64,000 bases of DNA from the human T2T-CHM13v2.0 reference genome, Homo sapiens (GCF_009914755.1 NC_060942.1); one strand, 5' to 3'. Shown: positions 40,726 to 55,950, counted from the first letter of the stretch. Numbers and translations: made by a program. The notes: generated by a model not told the origin, from the sequence alone.

Positions 40726-42439
40726 GCACAGACTGTGGTACCTCTAATTGGATACTTTCTATACTTTTGAAAGACATCTCTTGTATTATTGGCTTGTCTT
40801 CCTATTTAGTCTTGTGTCTGTCATGGCTCCCAGTTCTACTGTAAGTACTTTGAGAATAGAAACAATATGTCATGCATCTTTGTGTCTCCCTTCTTATGCA
40901 GCAAAATGGCTCTTGTATAATTGGTTCATTCAACATTCAGTCAATAAATACTTATTGAGTTCCCATATTGTGCACTGTTTTAGGAACTGGGAGTACCTTG
41001 GTGTGAAAATACACTGAATTCTCCATACCTAATTTACAGAATCAATCAAATATTCACACAAATGAATGTAAAATTATAACTATGCTGAATGTTTGAAATT
41101 AAAAGCACATCATGTTTTAAAAAATGCTCTCATAACTAAATTTGAAAACAATGAGCCTGTGGAATAAACTAAAAAAGAAAAACCCAAACTCTTAAATGGA
41201 CTGTGGAAAATCTTGTCCTATGGAGATTCCAATCAGGGAGAGCAATAGAATGAGGAGAAGGCAAATACAATGGTGTCAGGCAATTAGCAGGTGCTTCTGA
41301 ACTCCCTGGAGGAGTGAGGTTTTCAAACAGCATTCCCCAGTCTCCTGTACTGTGCCTGGTGTGATAGACAACATGTCAGGAGTAATAAAGAAAAATGACA
41401 GTGTAACTACAAACAGAAGAAACACATCTTTGGTACATTTCCATCCTGTCAGCAGTTTTCTGTCATAACCTAATGGGATCATATGAATAATTTTGTTTTC
41501 TCTAATAGGAACCAAATATATATATATATAATCTCATCAGGTTGTTTTTATATCATACTATGAAAAAATGAATACTAACATGATGAAAAGAAGAGATAAG
41601 CAATAGAAATACAAGTAAAATGGAATATTTGTGGGCATGATTATTTTAGATATTCATATGGCATCTGTGATAAGAATGTTGTTTCTGCTCACTCCTCTGT
41701 GCTTGATAAACTATGAGTAGTTATCCGAGAATGGCAGGCATCTTTGTCTTCCTATGTTTTTTTACTGGGAAAGGAATGTCTCTTTGACTTACATATGTTT
41801 ATTTATTTATTTATTTATTTATTTATTTTGTTCTATCATGTGCTTTTGAGCTTTCAGTCTGCTCCCATGGCATAATCCAAATGACTTGGACAATTTGTTA
41901 TTGTCAGCTTTGGAGATGAGAACATGAAGACACCCTGTGGCCCTAAAAACATATCAATTCGAACTCAAAAGATAGTCATGTAAAATTATTTCAGCAAAGC
42001 CTCCTCCATTTTCCCCAGAATTGTTTGGACAATTTTATTTGTTTTTTGTCTGAGTTATTAGACAAGTTGCTCAACTTCTTACTTACTTGTAGGCTGGGTT
42101 GAAATCCAAAACTGGATCAACCCGAATTCACATACTACAGTGAATGCACATAATACGCATTACTAAACGGTGGTTGAAATTAAGTCAGTTGAATTGAACT
42201 GAACTGAACTGAAAAATTAAAGACTTGTGTGGTTCAGCAAATTAGAACATTCTGTTAAAAATGGACAATCCAATCTCTTGCCCTACAGTGACATGCTCTG
42301 CCTCCACATAGAGTGTAGGTGTATGAATAACCACGTGCTTAGCCAGTCGTGTATTCAAGCACTGAAAGCAGGTTATTTTTGTTGCATAATGTCATTGTGA
42401 ATTTCCTGTCTTTGTAACTCAAAAAATATGGGCCTGTCA

Positions 42440-43370
42440 CAAACCAAGAAAGAAGAAATGAATTATTCAACAATGGTGTTGGAAAAAATGGCTATTTGAA
42501 AAACATAAAATCCTCAAGTTAGATTGTCACCTCAGACCATATAACAAAATAACTTTCATCTGAAATTAAAAAGTGAAGTGTAAACAGTAGAATTATAAAA
42601 ACTTGAAAGAGCATATGTGGACAGGGATGGGTGGAAGGTGGCAAGAGGGGCACAAAGCAATTTCTTCTTTTACTTTATGCATCTCTTTTGTCTTTTAAAA
42701 ACAACAAGCAATAATGTCATGCATGCTTTTCAAAATGAGGATAAAATATAATATTTTCTTGACCAATATTTTATTGATCTCAGGGTGATGAAGGACTTTC
42801 AAAAGCAATGGAAGAAACACCAAAAGAAGATAAATACATCTGGACAACTTCTGCAAATCAATAAAGACATCATAATTTAAGAGATGGATAAAAAATTGGG
42901 GGAACATTTGAGACACATATTACAAATGTTAATATCTTTAACATATGAAGAACAATTCCAGCTTAATAAGAAAAACATGTACCATGAATTGGAAAAAAAG
43001 ATAAAATAGATGTTGTGTGGAAAATAATTTTTTAAACCTGATAAAGTAATAAGTAAGCATATGACAGTTGTACCAGGATATTCATCAGAGTTTTGTTTGT
43101 AATATTTTAAAAATGAGGACCAATCTTAACATGTAATAAAAGAATACTAAGTGGGCTATTATTTGAATACTATAATAATGTAGGGATATTATAGAAAATG
43201 TATCAAAAGGGATATTGTAGAAAATGTATCAAAAATAGTAGTAGTGCTTATCACTTGATAGTAAGATTATTGTCATTTTAATTGTTTTCTTATACTGTCC
43301 TTATTGTTTTTCTAAAAGGAGTGTGTGGTATTATTTTATAATGAGAAAAAAAGAAACATTTATTTTAAAG
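42440..43370 (+). mobile_element. Diverged L1ME remnants
   Basis: ttattcaacaatggtgttggaaaaaatggcta...cacctcagaccatat; later ttgggggaacatttg...taatatctttaacatatgaagaac. 26-bp tandem duplication at 43182-43233. Confidence 0.55.
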
Positions 43371-45291
43371 CACAGGTCTTCTTTCCTTTTTTTAAAAAAG
43401 TTCATATATTAGGTGTAACGTCTTTACCTAGATGAAATGCTGTGGAAACTTTGAATGAAAGACTGAACATTATTTCTGTGCATCTAACTTTCATGGATTG
43501 CCAGTTTAACATACAGCATAAAAGACAGTGAATTAATTTAACTTTAACCTGACCCATTTAATATTAATATCTATGCCCACACTCTCCCTTGTTTCATTGT
43601 CATCTTCTTTCCTACCGGTTGGCTTATTTTTCACTAACGTGCTAGCTAACATAGGACACCTTGAGAGTGTAAATTGCACTTTCAAAATAGATCTTGTCTC
43701 TGTTCATGTCCCTTGGAAATTTTTAAGTGGAGTAAGTGAAACAAATAGCTGAAAGGTAGGCCCTTAGGGATGTTTGCTGACTTCTTCCTTTCAGAGATGT
43801 AGAGTGGGCCCACATTGTGAATTTTTTCTCATCATGTGGACAAGTCCTTCACCATTAATTGTGTTCTTTCTGCTCCAGGTGCAAAGCATCTAGATTATTC
43901 CCAAATAAACACAAGTCATCTTCATGCCTTTAGACACTTAATATCTTTCTTTAAGATGTTCACTTCTTGTCTTCCTGGTCCCTCTTTTCCATTGTTGGCT
44001 TCCAGTTTTTGTTTGTTTGTTATGTTTTTTTTTTTAAGTAGAGCAGAAATGTGGCTGTGAAGTGTAAATAAAAAGGGAGATGAAAAGTACAAAATTAAGA
44101 AAAGACAATTCTCAGTCCTATACTTCATGATTGGTTTTGTAAGCAAAGCAGTTAGCCATCTAATCAGGGTGGGACCTATTCTGAATAAACATTCTCTCTC
44201 TTTGCAGGGCCTAAAATTTGATCACTACTGAATGATCCTTTGCAATCATCATTGCCCTTTCCTGATAGCCTCCTCAAAAATTTAAATGCTCCTGAAAAGG
44301 ACTAAAATTACTAGCACTTTGACATGAATAACTTTTAATAAATTCTCTTCCTACTCACACAAGAGATGGATGTTCTTCAAGATTTCATTCGTGATCAGCA
44401 AAACTGTGTGGGCCTGGAAGCTGGGAGTTCTAAAATTAGAGGATGAGGAAACAAAGGAGAAACTTTATAATATTGTACTGGGCGAGCCCCACGCTCATTC
44501 TGACCATGTGCCCAGTAAACTCACGCCCACCTATGTCCCACCATCAGGGTGAAAAGAGAAGAGCCAATTCATGATGACAGCTGCAAGGGGGTCAGTGGTA
44601 ACTCTCAATGCCCACTGCTTCTTTACCATTAATTCCAGGGATATCCCATGGAAGCTGGGAATCTATAGAGCAGCCAGACATTTGCCTCAGGTTCAACTTC
44701 CTTATCAGAACAGGAAAATAATCACAATGAGACGCCTAGTGAAAAAGTCACACCGTGACTGCCCTGGCCCTGCCTCAGCTTAAACAATAAAATATGAATT
44801 GCAGAACATGACCCAATAACAGGAAACAGGACCAGCGCAGAGGGTGCTTTGGTAAACAGCAGCAGTTTCTCCCACCAAGATCTTGATTAATGCCCTTCCC
44901 AAATCTAGAGAAAGGAATAAAGTTTCCATGTCAGAAGGGCTGACCACACACTCATGTAATGTCTATCTCTGACATCTCTTTCCAAGCCGTGCACTTGTGC
45001 CAGAATCATATACCCTGTCCTAGGACAGGTAATGAAATGTAATGACAGTCTTTCCTGGCTCCACTTCCAGCTGCTTCACAATGGCTGCTAATAAAGACAT
45101 ATGGCTATATGTTGTCCATCTGTGTTCCAAAAGCAAACATGCAATTGTGTTTTCCTCTTAGGTCTGCTCTCAGCCTAGAGGAATGTAGCCTGAGAAAGAT
45201 GAGTCAATCTTGAGCTGACCTCTCACTGCTTCCTAGGCTACACTTCAATACTTCCGACAATGCTTCCAGATCTCTTGCTTCCACATAACAT

Positions 45292-45380
45292 ATTTATTTG
45301 TTTATTTATTTTTTTGAGACAGGGTTTTGCTCTGTTGTCCAGGCTGGAATGTAGTGGTGCCATCATAGCTCACTGCAGCC
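45292..45380 (-). mobile_element. 5'-truncated AluJ (3' ~90 bp)
   Basis: (ATTT)n tail plus gagacagggttttgctctgttgtccaggctgga...atcatagctcactgcagcc. Confidence 0.85.
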
Positions 45381-46984
45381 TGTTTATTTTCAAAGAACAA
45401 CAGAACTGTAGTAGTCCTGTGAGCAATTCAACAGAATTAATCCTTGTTCACAGGAAGCACTTGGATTCCAGTGTGTATGATTTTACTCTGTGCTGTTTAT
45501 TTTTCATTTAATCCAAGAGACCCCAGAGGGTTAGTCAAAGAACTGAAAGCAGGGTTTGAAAAGAACTTGAAGAAGTTTTGCTATGGAAGCTCATGCAAAA
45601 ATTAGAGATTAGAGCACAATGTTATTATTTTGAGCATTTATGAGGGCTGGTGGTTGAACATATTCATTCTCTCAGGCTTTCATGGCCTAACAATTTGGCA
45701 TTAATGTTTTTGGGAACTTTTAAACTAAGTAACAGTACTGATACCTAATACTACCAAAGCAAATAGCATAGATAGATGGGCTTTCTGTTCCTTCTTTTCA
45801 GAGGCAGTTGAGTCAAGTCAATTTCTACCAAGAATTTTGGACAGAGAAATGTAGAAGATACAGTTGACTCTCAGTAGGTGCCCCCTCTCCCCTACCATGG
45901 AGGCAGCTACATGAATAATATTTAAGGCGAAATAATCCAGTCACTTGTGACACCAGAAGGGGATCCTCAGTGCTTGGTGGGCTGTGACAAGGCCACTGTG
46001 CAGACAATGATGGAATATAGGACTAACTAAAGCTGAAGAGAGGGTGACTGCAATACACAAGTAGCAGCGATAGGCAAAGGATGCTGGTTGGAGCACACAC
46101 AGTACAGACATAAAAACCATGTCTCCATATACAAATAGCATTGGTAGGTGTCCCATATATAGAAACAGGTGTTGCCAAAAAGCTGAAGAGGTAACTCTTT
46201 CAGCTTTTTCAAAGTGGAAAAAATATCTAGAGCTCTCCAGAGCCACCAAAGTCATAGACTTTGCTTTAGAAAAGCAATGCAAACACTCCCTCCCCAGGTA
46301 AAGGTGGTATGCTGTTCTCAATTTCCCTTGTAGTTATAAATTCACAAAAATGTCACAGTTGAAAGAGACCATAGATACCTCCAGGCCAGCTTCATGGAGG
46401 CATAAAACCAAGGTCCCAATGTCTGAAGCTTTCTCAAGGACGTTTGAGTGAGTCTCATTTGTTTTGATTACAAACCCTTAGAATCCTACATTTGGCTTAC
46501 TAAGGGCCAGCCTCCTTTATTTAGGGAAAGTTTTATAATCTTTAAATATTTTCCTATTTTTGGCAGGGCTTTTTGTGTATTTATAATACCTATACACACT
46601 TGCAAGTGGATTGGTGTACACATACACATACACACACATAATCTGTAACATCAATACACACACAATCTGTAACATCAATACACTTGCATGTGCGTATAAG
46701 TATTATGAACACTGAATATATGTATAAGTATACATATACACATCTGTACACGTATAAGTTTATCAGCCTGTATCCTCTCAGAGAGAGTACATAAGAAGAG
46801 TTCATAAACTTCTTTAGTCGTATGTCACCTTTCCTGCTCATTTCATTCCTGTTTCTTCAAACCTACCTCTCTCTATAGCTACTGGAAAGGAAGAATAAAG
46901 TTCCTTATGATGAGACTGCAGTGCAATTTGAATTGAGTTTTCATTGCTAAATTACATCAGGCAAGGCAGAGGCATTGTCAGTGC

Positions 46985-47160
46985 CCATGGTACTGTCATT
47001 TAATCCCTCTGTGCCTCAGTTTCCTTGTCTTTAAACAGAGGATAATAATAGTACATAAACCATCTGATAAGTTTGTGAGGATCAGATGAGATAATACATG
47101 AAAAACACTTCGGATAGTGTCTGACACATACTCAACACTTAAAATATTGTACTATTATTA
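46985..47160 (+). mobile_element. MIR
   Basis: ctctgtgcctcagtttccttgtctttaaa...ggataataatagtac...tgtgaggatcagatgagataatacatg. Confidence 0.85.
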
Positions 47161-48559
47161 GCGTACAATGCCATAATTATACAAGTGATGAATTACCAAT
47201 GAATCAGGTCAGAATTCAAAACAAATCAATAAATATGCATTACCTACTATGTGGAATCACTGTTGTAGAAAATACATGTTTATTAGTGGACCCTCAGTTC
47301 ATAATCTGTTAAACATTTACTGGTTATCTGAGTGGACCACAAAAAAAATCAGGATTAGCTGATTAATCTGCTTTCAGTAGGCTGGAACTGGGATAATTTC
47401 AGCAGGAAAAATGCACTCATTCCAACTGGGACCTGTCCAGAACATGTGGCTAAACAAACCTATTAATAAATTGTGACTTCAGTAATTAAAGGTACACACA
47501 CAGACATCATGCATACTAAAATGACATTTTGTTAATAGACTGTCCTGGCAGGTTGGGGTGTTCTTTTAAGCTTTTTAGCAGCAACAAGCTGCTTCCTAGT
47601 CAGGAATCTTAAAATAACTATGTCATTACATAAACATTCGACATCCACCTTATGCCAACCCATGTTCTATTTCTTTTGGAAGAGAATGAAATAAGATGAA
47701 TCGACGTGACCCAGGAGTCTGTGTTACAGAATGCTAATGTTCTTTGAGATGGTGGACATTCTAAAAGTTGTGAAAAAGGACCAGTGTTACAGGTATGGCT
47801 GACCTCTGCAAGATTATTTTATTGCAAAGGTTCTTTGGTTTTATAAGCTGACATGCCAGAGTCAACATAAATAAGGTGCTAGGGGAATATTGCTACAGAG
47901 GTAAGAGCATTAACTTATGTATCTACTTCAGCATAGCCAACTGGGCCCTGGGGAGGGGACCCAGGGACTCCGCTCAACTAAATAAATAGCAAATATGGCC
48001 TAACAACTCAAAGAGCACCAGATTTATTGTCCTCAGAATTAAATTGTATTAGGAATAAACCAGAAATAGTGATAACCCCACTCAGACTGATACAAGATTT
48101 AGGCAACTTCAGCCTCTGAGCAAAGCTCCTGCATTATTGGAACTCAGGCAACAGTGAGACAGGTCAGACTGATGATTGGGTACAAGTCAAATAGATCCCA
48201 TAGGGAGATATCAGACATTTTGGTGAATAAGAGGAAGCCAAGCAAGTAGGGAGTCAGCATGGAGAGAGACAGGGAAAGAGGAAAATACCCAAGGATGGTT
48301 TAGGCTGCTTGCATGAAAGAAAAAACTTGGTGGTATATGGTGGTAACCAACTAGAGGCACTGAGGTAAAGCGGCAGAGACCAGCAACTGAATCTGATATC
48401 TAGGAAGGATTGAGTCACAGAAAGTAAGTTAAGAGACCAGAGACTAGAACTGGAACCAACAGACAGACAAACTAAATGCTGAGCCACTTGTGTGATCCCC
48501 TCATAAATTAGGGATTTATTCATAGAATAAACTTTATTTGTGGAAGTAAACTTGTTTAA

Positions 48560-49055
48560 TATGTTTAATAGCTAGTCCCTGAAGTTGAGCCCCAGTGAAC
48601 CATAGCCTTACCACATTGAATTTGGGTTGTCCCTGTGACACATTTTAACCAATAGCATCTGATAGATGTGACACTGTTTATCTTTGGAGCTGGGCCTTAA
48701 GATTTGCAGCTTTCAGTTTTGCTGAATTCCACTTAGAGTGCTTTCTCTTGAAACTTAGCTGCCATGCCATGAGAAGCCCAAATTTTCTAAAGAGGTCATA
48801 CAGAAGAGAACAGAGGCCCTCTGCCCAACAGCTCCAACAGAATTCTCAGCAAAGCTAGCACCAGCTGCCAGCTATGTAAAGAAGCTATCTTGGATGTCCA
48901 GCTAAGTCAAGGCTCCATCCAGCCCACATCCATGAAGCAGAAGAACCACACAGCTGAGCCCAGTCAACTCACAGAATCATAAGAGATAATAAAATAAGCA
49001 TTGTTTCAACAACTAAGTTTTGGGACATTTGTTACATAGCAACAGAAAATGGAAT
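48560..49055 (+). mobile_element. MLT1H-type LTR
   Basis: tgtgac...accaatag...gctgccatgccatgagaagccc...tcttggatgtccag...gctgagcccagtcaactcacagaatc...ctaagttttggg...tgttacatagca. Confidence 0.75.
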
Positions 49056-49400
49056 CTGTGAAGACTACAAAGGATATAAAAGCAATAAAAAAAAAAACCT
49101 AAGCCTTAATTTCATCAGAGAACATTTGAAATTATGAACTTCAGTCTTTTAAAAAAATTTATTTTATTCAGCGTACTCTCTTTAGTAAGATAGGCATTTG
49201 TATAATATATTTAAGAGGTTCCATTAAAAAAAGTTAAAACACACAATGTTTTATAATTGAAAGGCAAACTTAACTAAATATTTTACTTCTTGTTGTGTTA
49301 CACTGATTCAATTAAAAGTAATATGGGGTGAAGCAGAGAGGTTTGAAAGAAAATTCCAGATTTCCCAGGCCCTTTCAAACACACTATCACAACCACCAAC

Positions 49401-49685
<285 letters not shown>

Positions 49686-49689
49686 AAAC

Positions 49690-49830
49690 TTAATAAAAAT
49701 TTTAAAATCCATCAATTTAAATGTTGATCTTATCCAAAAATATGCCATCCCTGAAAGATCTGGAATAATGTTTGACTCAGTCCCTGGCACCATGGTCCAC
49801 CTAAATTGACATGTAAAATTAACTATCGCA
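49690..49830 (-). mobile_element. MLT2 (ERVL) LTR 5' fragment
   Basis: atttaaatgttgatct...gaataatgtttgac...ctaaattgacatgtaaaattaactatcgca is the reverse of the MLT2 start TGTGATGGTTAATTTTATGTGTCAA. Confidence 0.75.
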
Positions 49831-51589
49831 TCTACCTTGACATATTCAGAGTTTTTCACAACTGTAAGCATCATATCTTCTCAAGATGTGGCTGTACTTG
49901 AATTTGCTCCTAAAGCTAAACATGATTTTTTGCACTGAACTTCTCAACCTTAAGTAAGCCTTCTGCTCAATATGGTTATGGCTTATATGAAATGACTTCT
50001 GTGTTTGCTCCAGAGGCCAACATCTTACAAAATATCACACTGAGCATAAATGTCAGAGGATAGGGGAAGACCAGAAGAATGGGTCAGATTTGGGAAGGAG
50101 CTAGAAAGGGGGCCCACCTCCTAAATCAGCACCCTGAGAGTTAGTGTTACAGCACTTGCCAATATATCAAAATGGGCCACAGCAGGCCAAGATGAGCCAA
50201 GTCCTAGAAGACAGAAAATCAAGGAGAAGTCAGCATTTCCCTGGTTACCTAAGGTCAATAGTCAGTCAAGGATCAGGAAGCCTTGACACCAAATAAGGAA
50301 AGATTTAGCTATCAGATCTCAGAGACCAAGCCTGCCAGGGTCTGAAATCTAGAAATGATGGAGATCAATCCAATTACCCCAGCAGTCGGAACTCAAAAGT
50401 GAACTTGCTACTTTTATACTCTTTTAAATGGTGACCAGAAGAGGACAGTCCACAGCCCATAGATATTTGCAGAACTAAATCCTTTTATCTTGCAATTAAA
50501 ATAATCAGACGGTTTCTCAAATAGAGGATGACATGATGTTGAAGTACCATCACTTTTTAGTCTCTAGGACTTTTAAAGTTTGGAAAGAATAGTACTTAAA
50601 TAATCTCATTATATTTGTGCTCACTACTTGGCACTGTCTGACTAGACAGAGCAATCACAGTTGGCACAGAACACCTAACATTGTGGGGGAAGTTGTCTTC
50701 CCTTTGTGACATGATCATGACAGACATAGACAGATTTGGCTACACTGTTGTCTTTGATTGCTTTCAACATTGTGTGATTTCAGGAAGTAGGGCAATTGCC
50801 TTGAATTATGAATTAAATCATGAATTGCATCATGGATTAAAAGTCTCTTATTCCTTTACTATCTGCTTCTCAAAGGAGCTACTAGATGAAAATAAACATC
50901 CACTTGAGGTGCAATATTTCTCAGGAATCATGATCAAAAAGACACTTTGATTGGACCAAATATTGACTGTGTTCAGCATGATGAATTTCCCACCGCAGAT
51001 CCACATCTCAAGTGACAGCTTTAGAAGACATGAAGACATGGCTGGTATCATTGTGAAGTTTTCTATGATCAGTGGGGCACCCAAATGGACACATTGGTGG
51101 TCTATTTCTATGAGGGGATTATGACTTAGTCAAATGCTGAACCATGAATACTTCTGCAGAATATAATGGAACAAATATGTCCCTCTCTTTCAGAAACTTT
51201 ATCCAGTGAAACCTAGTTCAGCAGCCAGAACAAGAACTACCACGTTTTCAAGAGATCTTCATGGCTGATCACAGGTCTAGAAATGGCATGTCTTCAGGTG
51301 GTAGTATCATAAATTGTCTTAAATTAATACCAAAGGGAAGGATGACTAATTTGTAAAAGTTGGAATATTTTTAAAGAAATTAAACTTACAGATTTCAAAT
51401 GCATAGAGTAGCTCTGGTCTAACAAAATACTGACATGAGAAACTCCTTAGGGATCTGCTTTAATGAATAGAGGGATTAATTTTTAATTAGTATATTAGTT
51501 GTTTACTTGTAAAGGGCAACAACATTCTAGCCCATAAACTCCAAATTAGCATAATCCAAATACTGTTTTAATTTAAATAATTCTGTAGT

Positions 51590-52140
51590 ATCCAATTTAA
51601 CAAACTTGTTGAGAATCAACTTTACTAGGCTCTGTGGTAGATACTACAGTAGCAAAGATTAATCAGACATGGTCTCTGCCTCAAGGAGTTGACAGTATAG
51701 TGGGAGGGAGAAGGATGCAATTAGTTATTCTATAATATGATAAATGCTATGCTTTTGTGATGAACAGTATGCTTTCAGAGGACAAGAGTGGGGGATGAGA
51801 TTGATTTTACTGGGGAAATGCATACATATTTCATGGGGGAAATAATAGTGAATTTGGGCTTTTCCATTTGGTGAAGTTAAGTGACAACTCATCAAATGGA
51901 GAGGAGTCAGAAATGCACCATAGTGGAGGAATAGCCTGAAAATAGCCATGATGGTAAGATGGGGTAAGGCATCTTTTGGAAATACTGTGGCTGCAGCAAG
52001 TAGAGCCTGGGAGAGAGGCAGACGATGAGGCTCGAAAAGAAGTAAGGCTAGATCACTAATGCACTAAATCCATTATGGAGTTGGGACTTCCTCCTATAGA
52101 CGATTGGAAGCCAGAGAGTGATTTGAACAGATACCCATGT
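51590..52140 (-). mobile_element. L2 fragment
   Basis: gacatggtctctgcctcaaggagttgacagtatagtggg...tttggacttc-like...gattggaagccagagagtgatttgaacag. Confidence 0.7.
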
Positions 52141-53102
52141 GTGGAGATAATAAATGAAGCAGAGGCCCCCGTTGCTTGAGAGAATTAGGGTTTATATAGC
52201 AAGAAAGCAACAAGAAAGAACCTATTTAAGCCTTCAAATTCCAAAACAATAGTGAAAGTCACTGCTTTTAATTTTCAAAAACCAAGACTTTGAGAGGAAA
52301 AAAGCTTTTGCAAGTCACAAGGCAAAGCCCTGAGAGAGCTGGCAGAATGTATGAAAATGCAGTAAATTACTAATTACTGCATCATCCCTGAGCCTGTATC
52401 CCCACCACTCACATGGCTTAAGACCAATGACTTGCTATTCCTGCATACCATTCTTTTATCAATCTAGAGTCTCACTGAGATGGTGCTGAAATAACAAGGA
52501 AGAGATCGAAGGTTGGGTTAAGTCTAGAACTTCTACTATACTCATAGAGAAACCTAGGAGTTTATCCATAAACAATAGACTGAGAAGAGAATTCATGAAG
52601 AAGTAGAAGAAAATGCATTGTGTTGCCCACCTAGGCATTTAACAAAATGTGCAGGGTGCCAGGGGACCAGTAGGAACCTTGCACCGAAAGGAACGTCTTG
52701 GAGAAGTGGGCAACACCGAGAGATGGCCCAGCCTCTGAGTGAGCAACTCCAATGGCCAGAACCAGGGAATTTTGAGGGAGTTCAGCTGGCCTCCTCTGAT
52801 TGTCTCTCTTTGAGCTAACATCACTAGTGTCTACTGCCTGAGGAGCCCCTTGAGGTGTCCCTTGAGGACCTCTCATCAACAGCTGCCTGTACTCTGAAGC
52901 AGTGAACCATGCCCAGGCCTTCAGACTGCTTGGCTCAGCCAGATGCTCCCCGCGGAAGAGGTCTTCTTCAAAAATCTAGGACATTTTTAAGCCTCAAAAG
53001 GGAAATATGAAGCCTTGACACCCATAGGTAGTACAAGTGCCATGGAAGAGAGGGTATGTCTGCATTTCAACTTGGAGCGGCAGGGTGGGTGGTGGTATTT
53101 GA

Positions 53103-53474
<372 letters not shown>

Positions 53475-55544
53475 CACATTATTGTATTTTAAGACATATC
53501 CCCTTGTATCCCTGTCCTGAGTATATTATAATTCCACAAAGAATTTCTATTTGTCTCTACCACCACAACAGAGCAGGGCTTCTGATGGTAACTAGTTCTC
53601 CCAGAAGGCCTTTATGGATACTGACACGTCACAGTTGTTTGTGGAAAAAGCAACTGGGTCCTAGGGAAAGTGTTATTTCATCCAGATAGGCATGTACCTC
53701 AAGGCAATGGATAACAACATGCAGGTCATATGAAGGCAGTTCTTCTTTGCACTCATCAGTCATGGATATTTGAAGACACTCATTCCCCGTGCTCAGTCCT
53801 GAAGATCACTGACTCCCTAGCAAAGGTTCAAGGCATGTGGAGTACTAAGTACTAATGTTTTAACGTTTGGATCAGGGCACAACCATACACATACATCCTT
53901 TACTAGATTTCTTTACTTTTACCAAAATGGAGGAATGTGACAAAAGGTAATAGTGTCTAATTCCAATTTTATAAAATGGATTCTCAGTCTGTCAGCAGCA
54001 GATGAGCACTGAACACCTAGATTTTCTTCTGACATTTTTTGGGTACTAATGCCTACAAAAAAAGGAAAAACAAAGACATAAGCCATGATCCTTGTTCTGT
54101 CCTCTAGGACTGTATAATCTTATAGGATTTTCCAAATTAAACCCTAGGGATGTTGATTTTATAAACTCCCTGGTATCTAAGGCATAGAAGAGCCTGGGAA
54201 GAACTCCAGGCTAAGGGAAGGATATTTTCATCTGCATGAATGGGACATAGATTATGTTTAAGGAGAGTAATTTATGAAAAAACTGAATAACTCTTGACCT
54301 TTCTGGAGGAAGGCCACAGAGATGAAAGTATCTAAATCGAGAGAAAATGTATCCCGATACAATAAGAATGACTGACCACTGTGTAATCCCTGACTTTCTA
54401 TCTCCATCATCCTCATGGCCTAAAACTAGTAAGTCTTGAGCCCTACATACCATTCTTCCATCAATCTAAACCCTATCTGAGATGATGCTAAAAAAAAAGG
54501 CAGGCAGGAGAAATGATTGGGTTAAGTGTAGAAATGTTAGTATACCCATAGGGTAACCTAAGTTAACAACCTTTCATAAACTGGGGGTGAGTTTTATGGC
54601 TGTCCTCCTAAGGGGATATCAAACCCCTTCTGTTAAGTACCCCCACCACAAGTAAATGTGCTGAAGGTCTTTCCCATTCACACTACCATCTTTAGTCTCT
54701 CGTATCACAAGGCCTCACTCTCTACTTGGGGAGATATGCTTGCCCTGCTAGGAAGATGGAACACACAGGGCAGTTAGGGTGGGCTCAATAAAATCTCAAA
54801 GCATAGGTGGGGATCAATCCTGATGTGCACAGAGGGCCCTGAGGCTCCTGGCTCTTCTGAACTTGAGATAAAACCAGGGGTAACCAAGAAGAGGATTAGG
54901 GCTCAGAAAACCTAAGACCATTATGCCAGCAGAAATGGCCTCCAGATCTGGAAAGACCACTCATAAGCCCCAAGTCAGGTAGCAAGATACTCACCCAATA
55001 CCCAGCTTCATTAACCGCTAGTGTGGGACCCTGAGGAACACATCACCCTCACTGTCATGCACAGCCCTGCCTGTGGGAAGGTCCTTTCTGAAAGCAGAGG
55101 TGCAAGTCAGACCCCAGTTCTCACCACTCTGGACTCTAGGGGAGAGGGAGCTTGGAGCTCTTCTAGGATTCTGAAAGAAAATAAAAATTCTCTGTGAGGG
55201 CATCAAAGATCTGCATGGGAGAAAAATTCAAATACCTGAAACATTGGATAGTCTCACACCATAAATGGGTTTCATCACAGACCCAGTGGAAGGAAAACCT
55301 CAAACTGTCTCTGTTCACATCCCCTTGCTCCAGCAAAATCACTGGGGACTTTCTGTCCACAGCACCTGCATCCCCTCCAGATGTCCCGGGCCTCAAGCTT
55401 TGCTTTGTGAGGTTTGCAGATGTCCTGACCATTAACTACAGGCTTTTCCACATGGGAATTTGGCTGGGCTGTCCCTGACCTGGGGTCATGACAGCTGCAA
55501 GACCAACAAGGGATGGGCAGATGGGTGTTGAGGGGATAAGAAAG

Positions 55545-55950
55545 CACATTAATCTTTTAAGGCCTTCCTCCATATCATCGAGAAAGATGAGTCCGCACAG
55601 AGCTGAGTAGGGGGTGGATTGGAGGTAGGAGAGGCCAGATACAGGGCAGTGCAAGAGTGAGCGCCTTGGATGGGCAATGGAAGTGGGAACAGAGAGCACT
55701 TCTCAGATGTGGCAGGTTGAGAGTGGGAGACCCTAAAATAAGGTGAACAAGATGAGGGAGGAGACTAGGATGACTTCCAGGTTTTAGCTTGGGTGGTAAT
55801 AGGTGGCAATGTCGTGTTCTAAAATAAGAAATAACTTTGCAAGGAAGAAAATAATTTGAGATTCTGGAGACAAAAGCCAGATTGCATTGGAATGAAGAAT
55901 GAATGTAATTTAAGGAAATGGAGGTTTGCACTACTAATTCAAAAGTGAGG
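55545..55950 (-). mobile_element. L2 fragment
   Basis: gaaagatgagtc...gtggattggagg...ggatgacttccaggttttagcttgggtg reverse L2 pattern. Confidence 0.65.

Noticed and set aside
50971-51142. C/D-box snoRNA (ATGATGA at 50978, CTGA at ~51137, 9-bp inverted repeat)
   Set aside because: About 170 nt is long, the inverted repeat overlaps the boxes instead of flanking them, and no rRNA/snRNA guide is recognisable. A 9-bp match is expected by chance in 64 kb.
50681-51300. Coding-looking unique segment or processed pseudogene
   Set aside because: The frames I examined are interrupted or unrecognisable, and there is no poly(A)/TSD signature.
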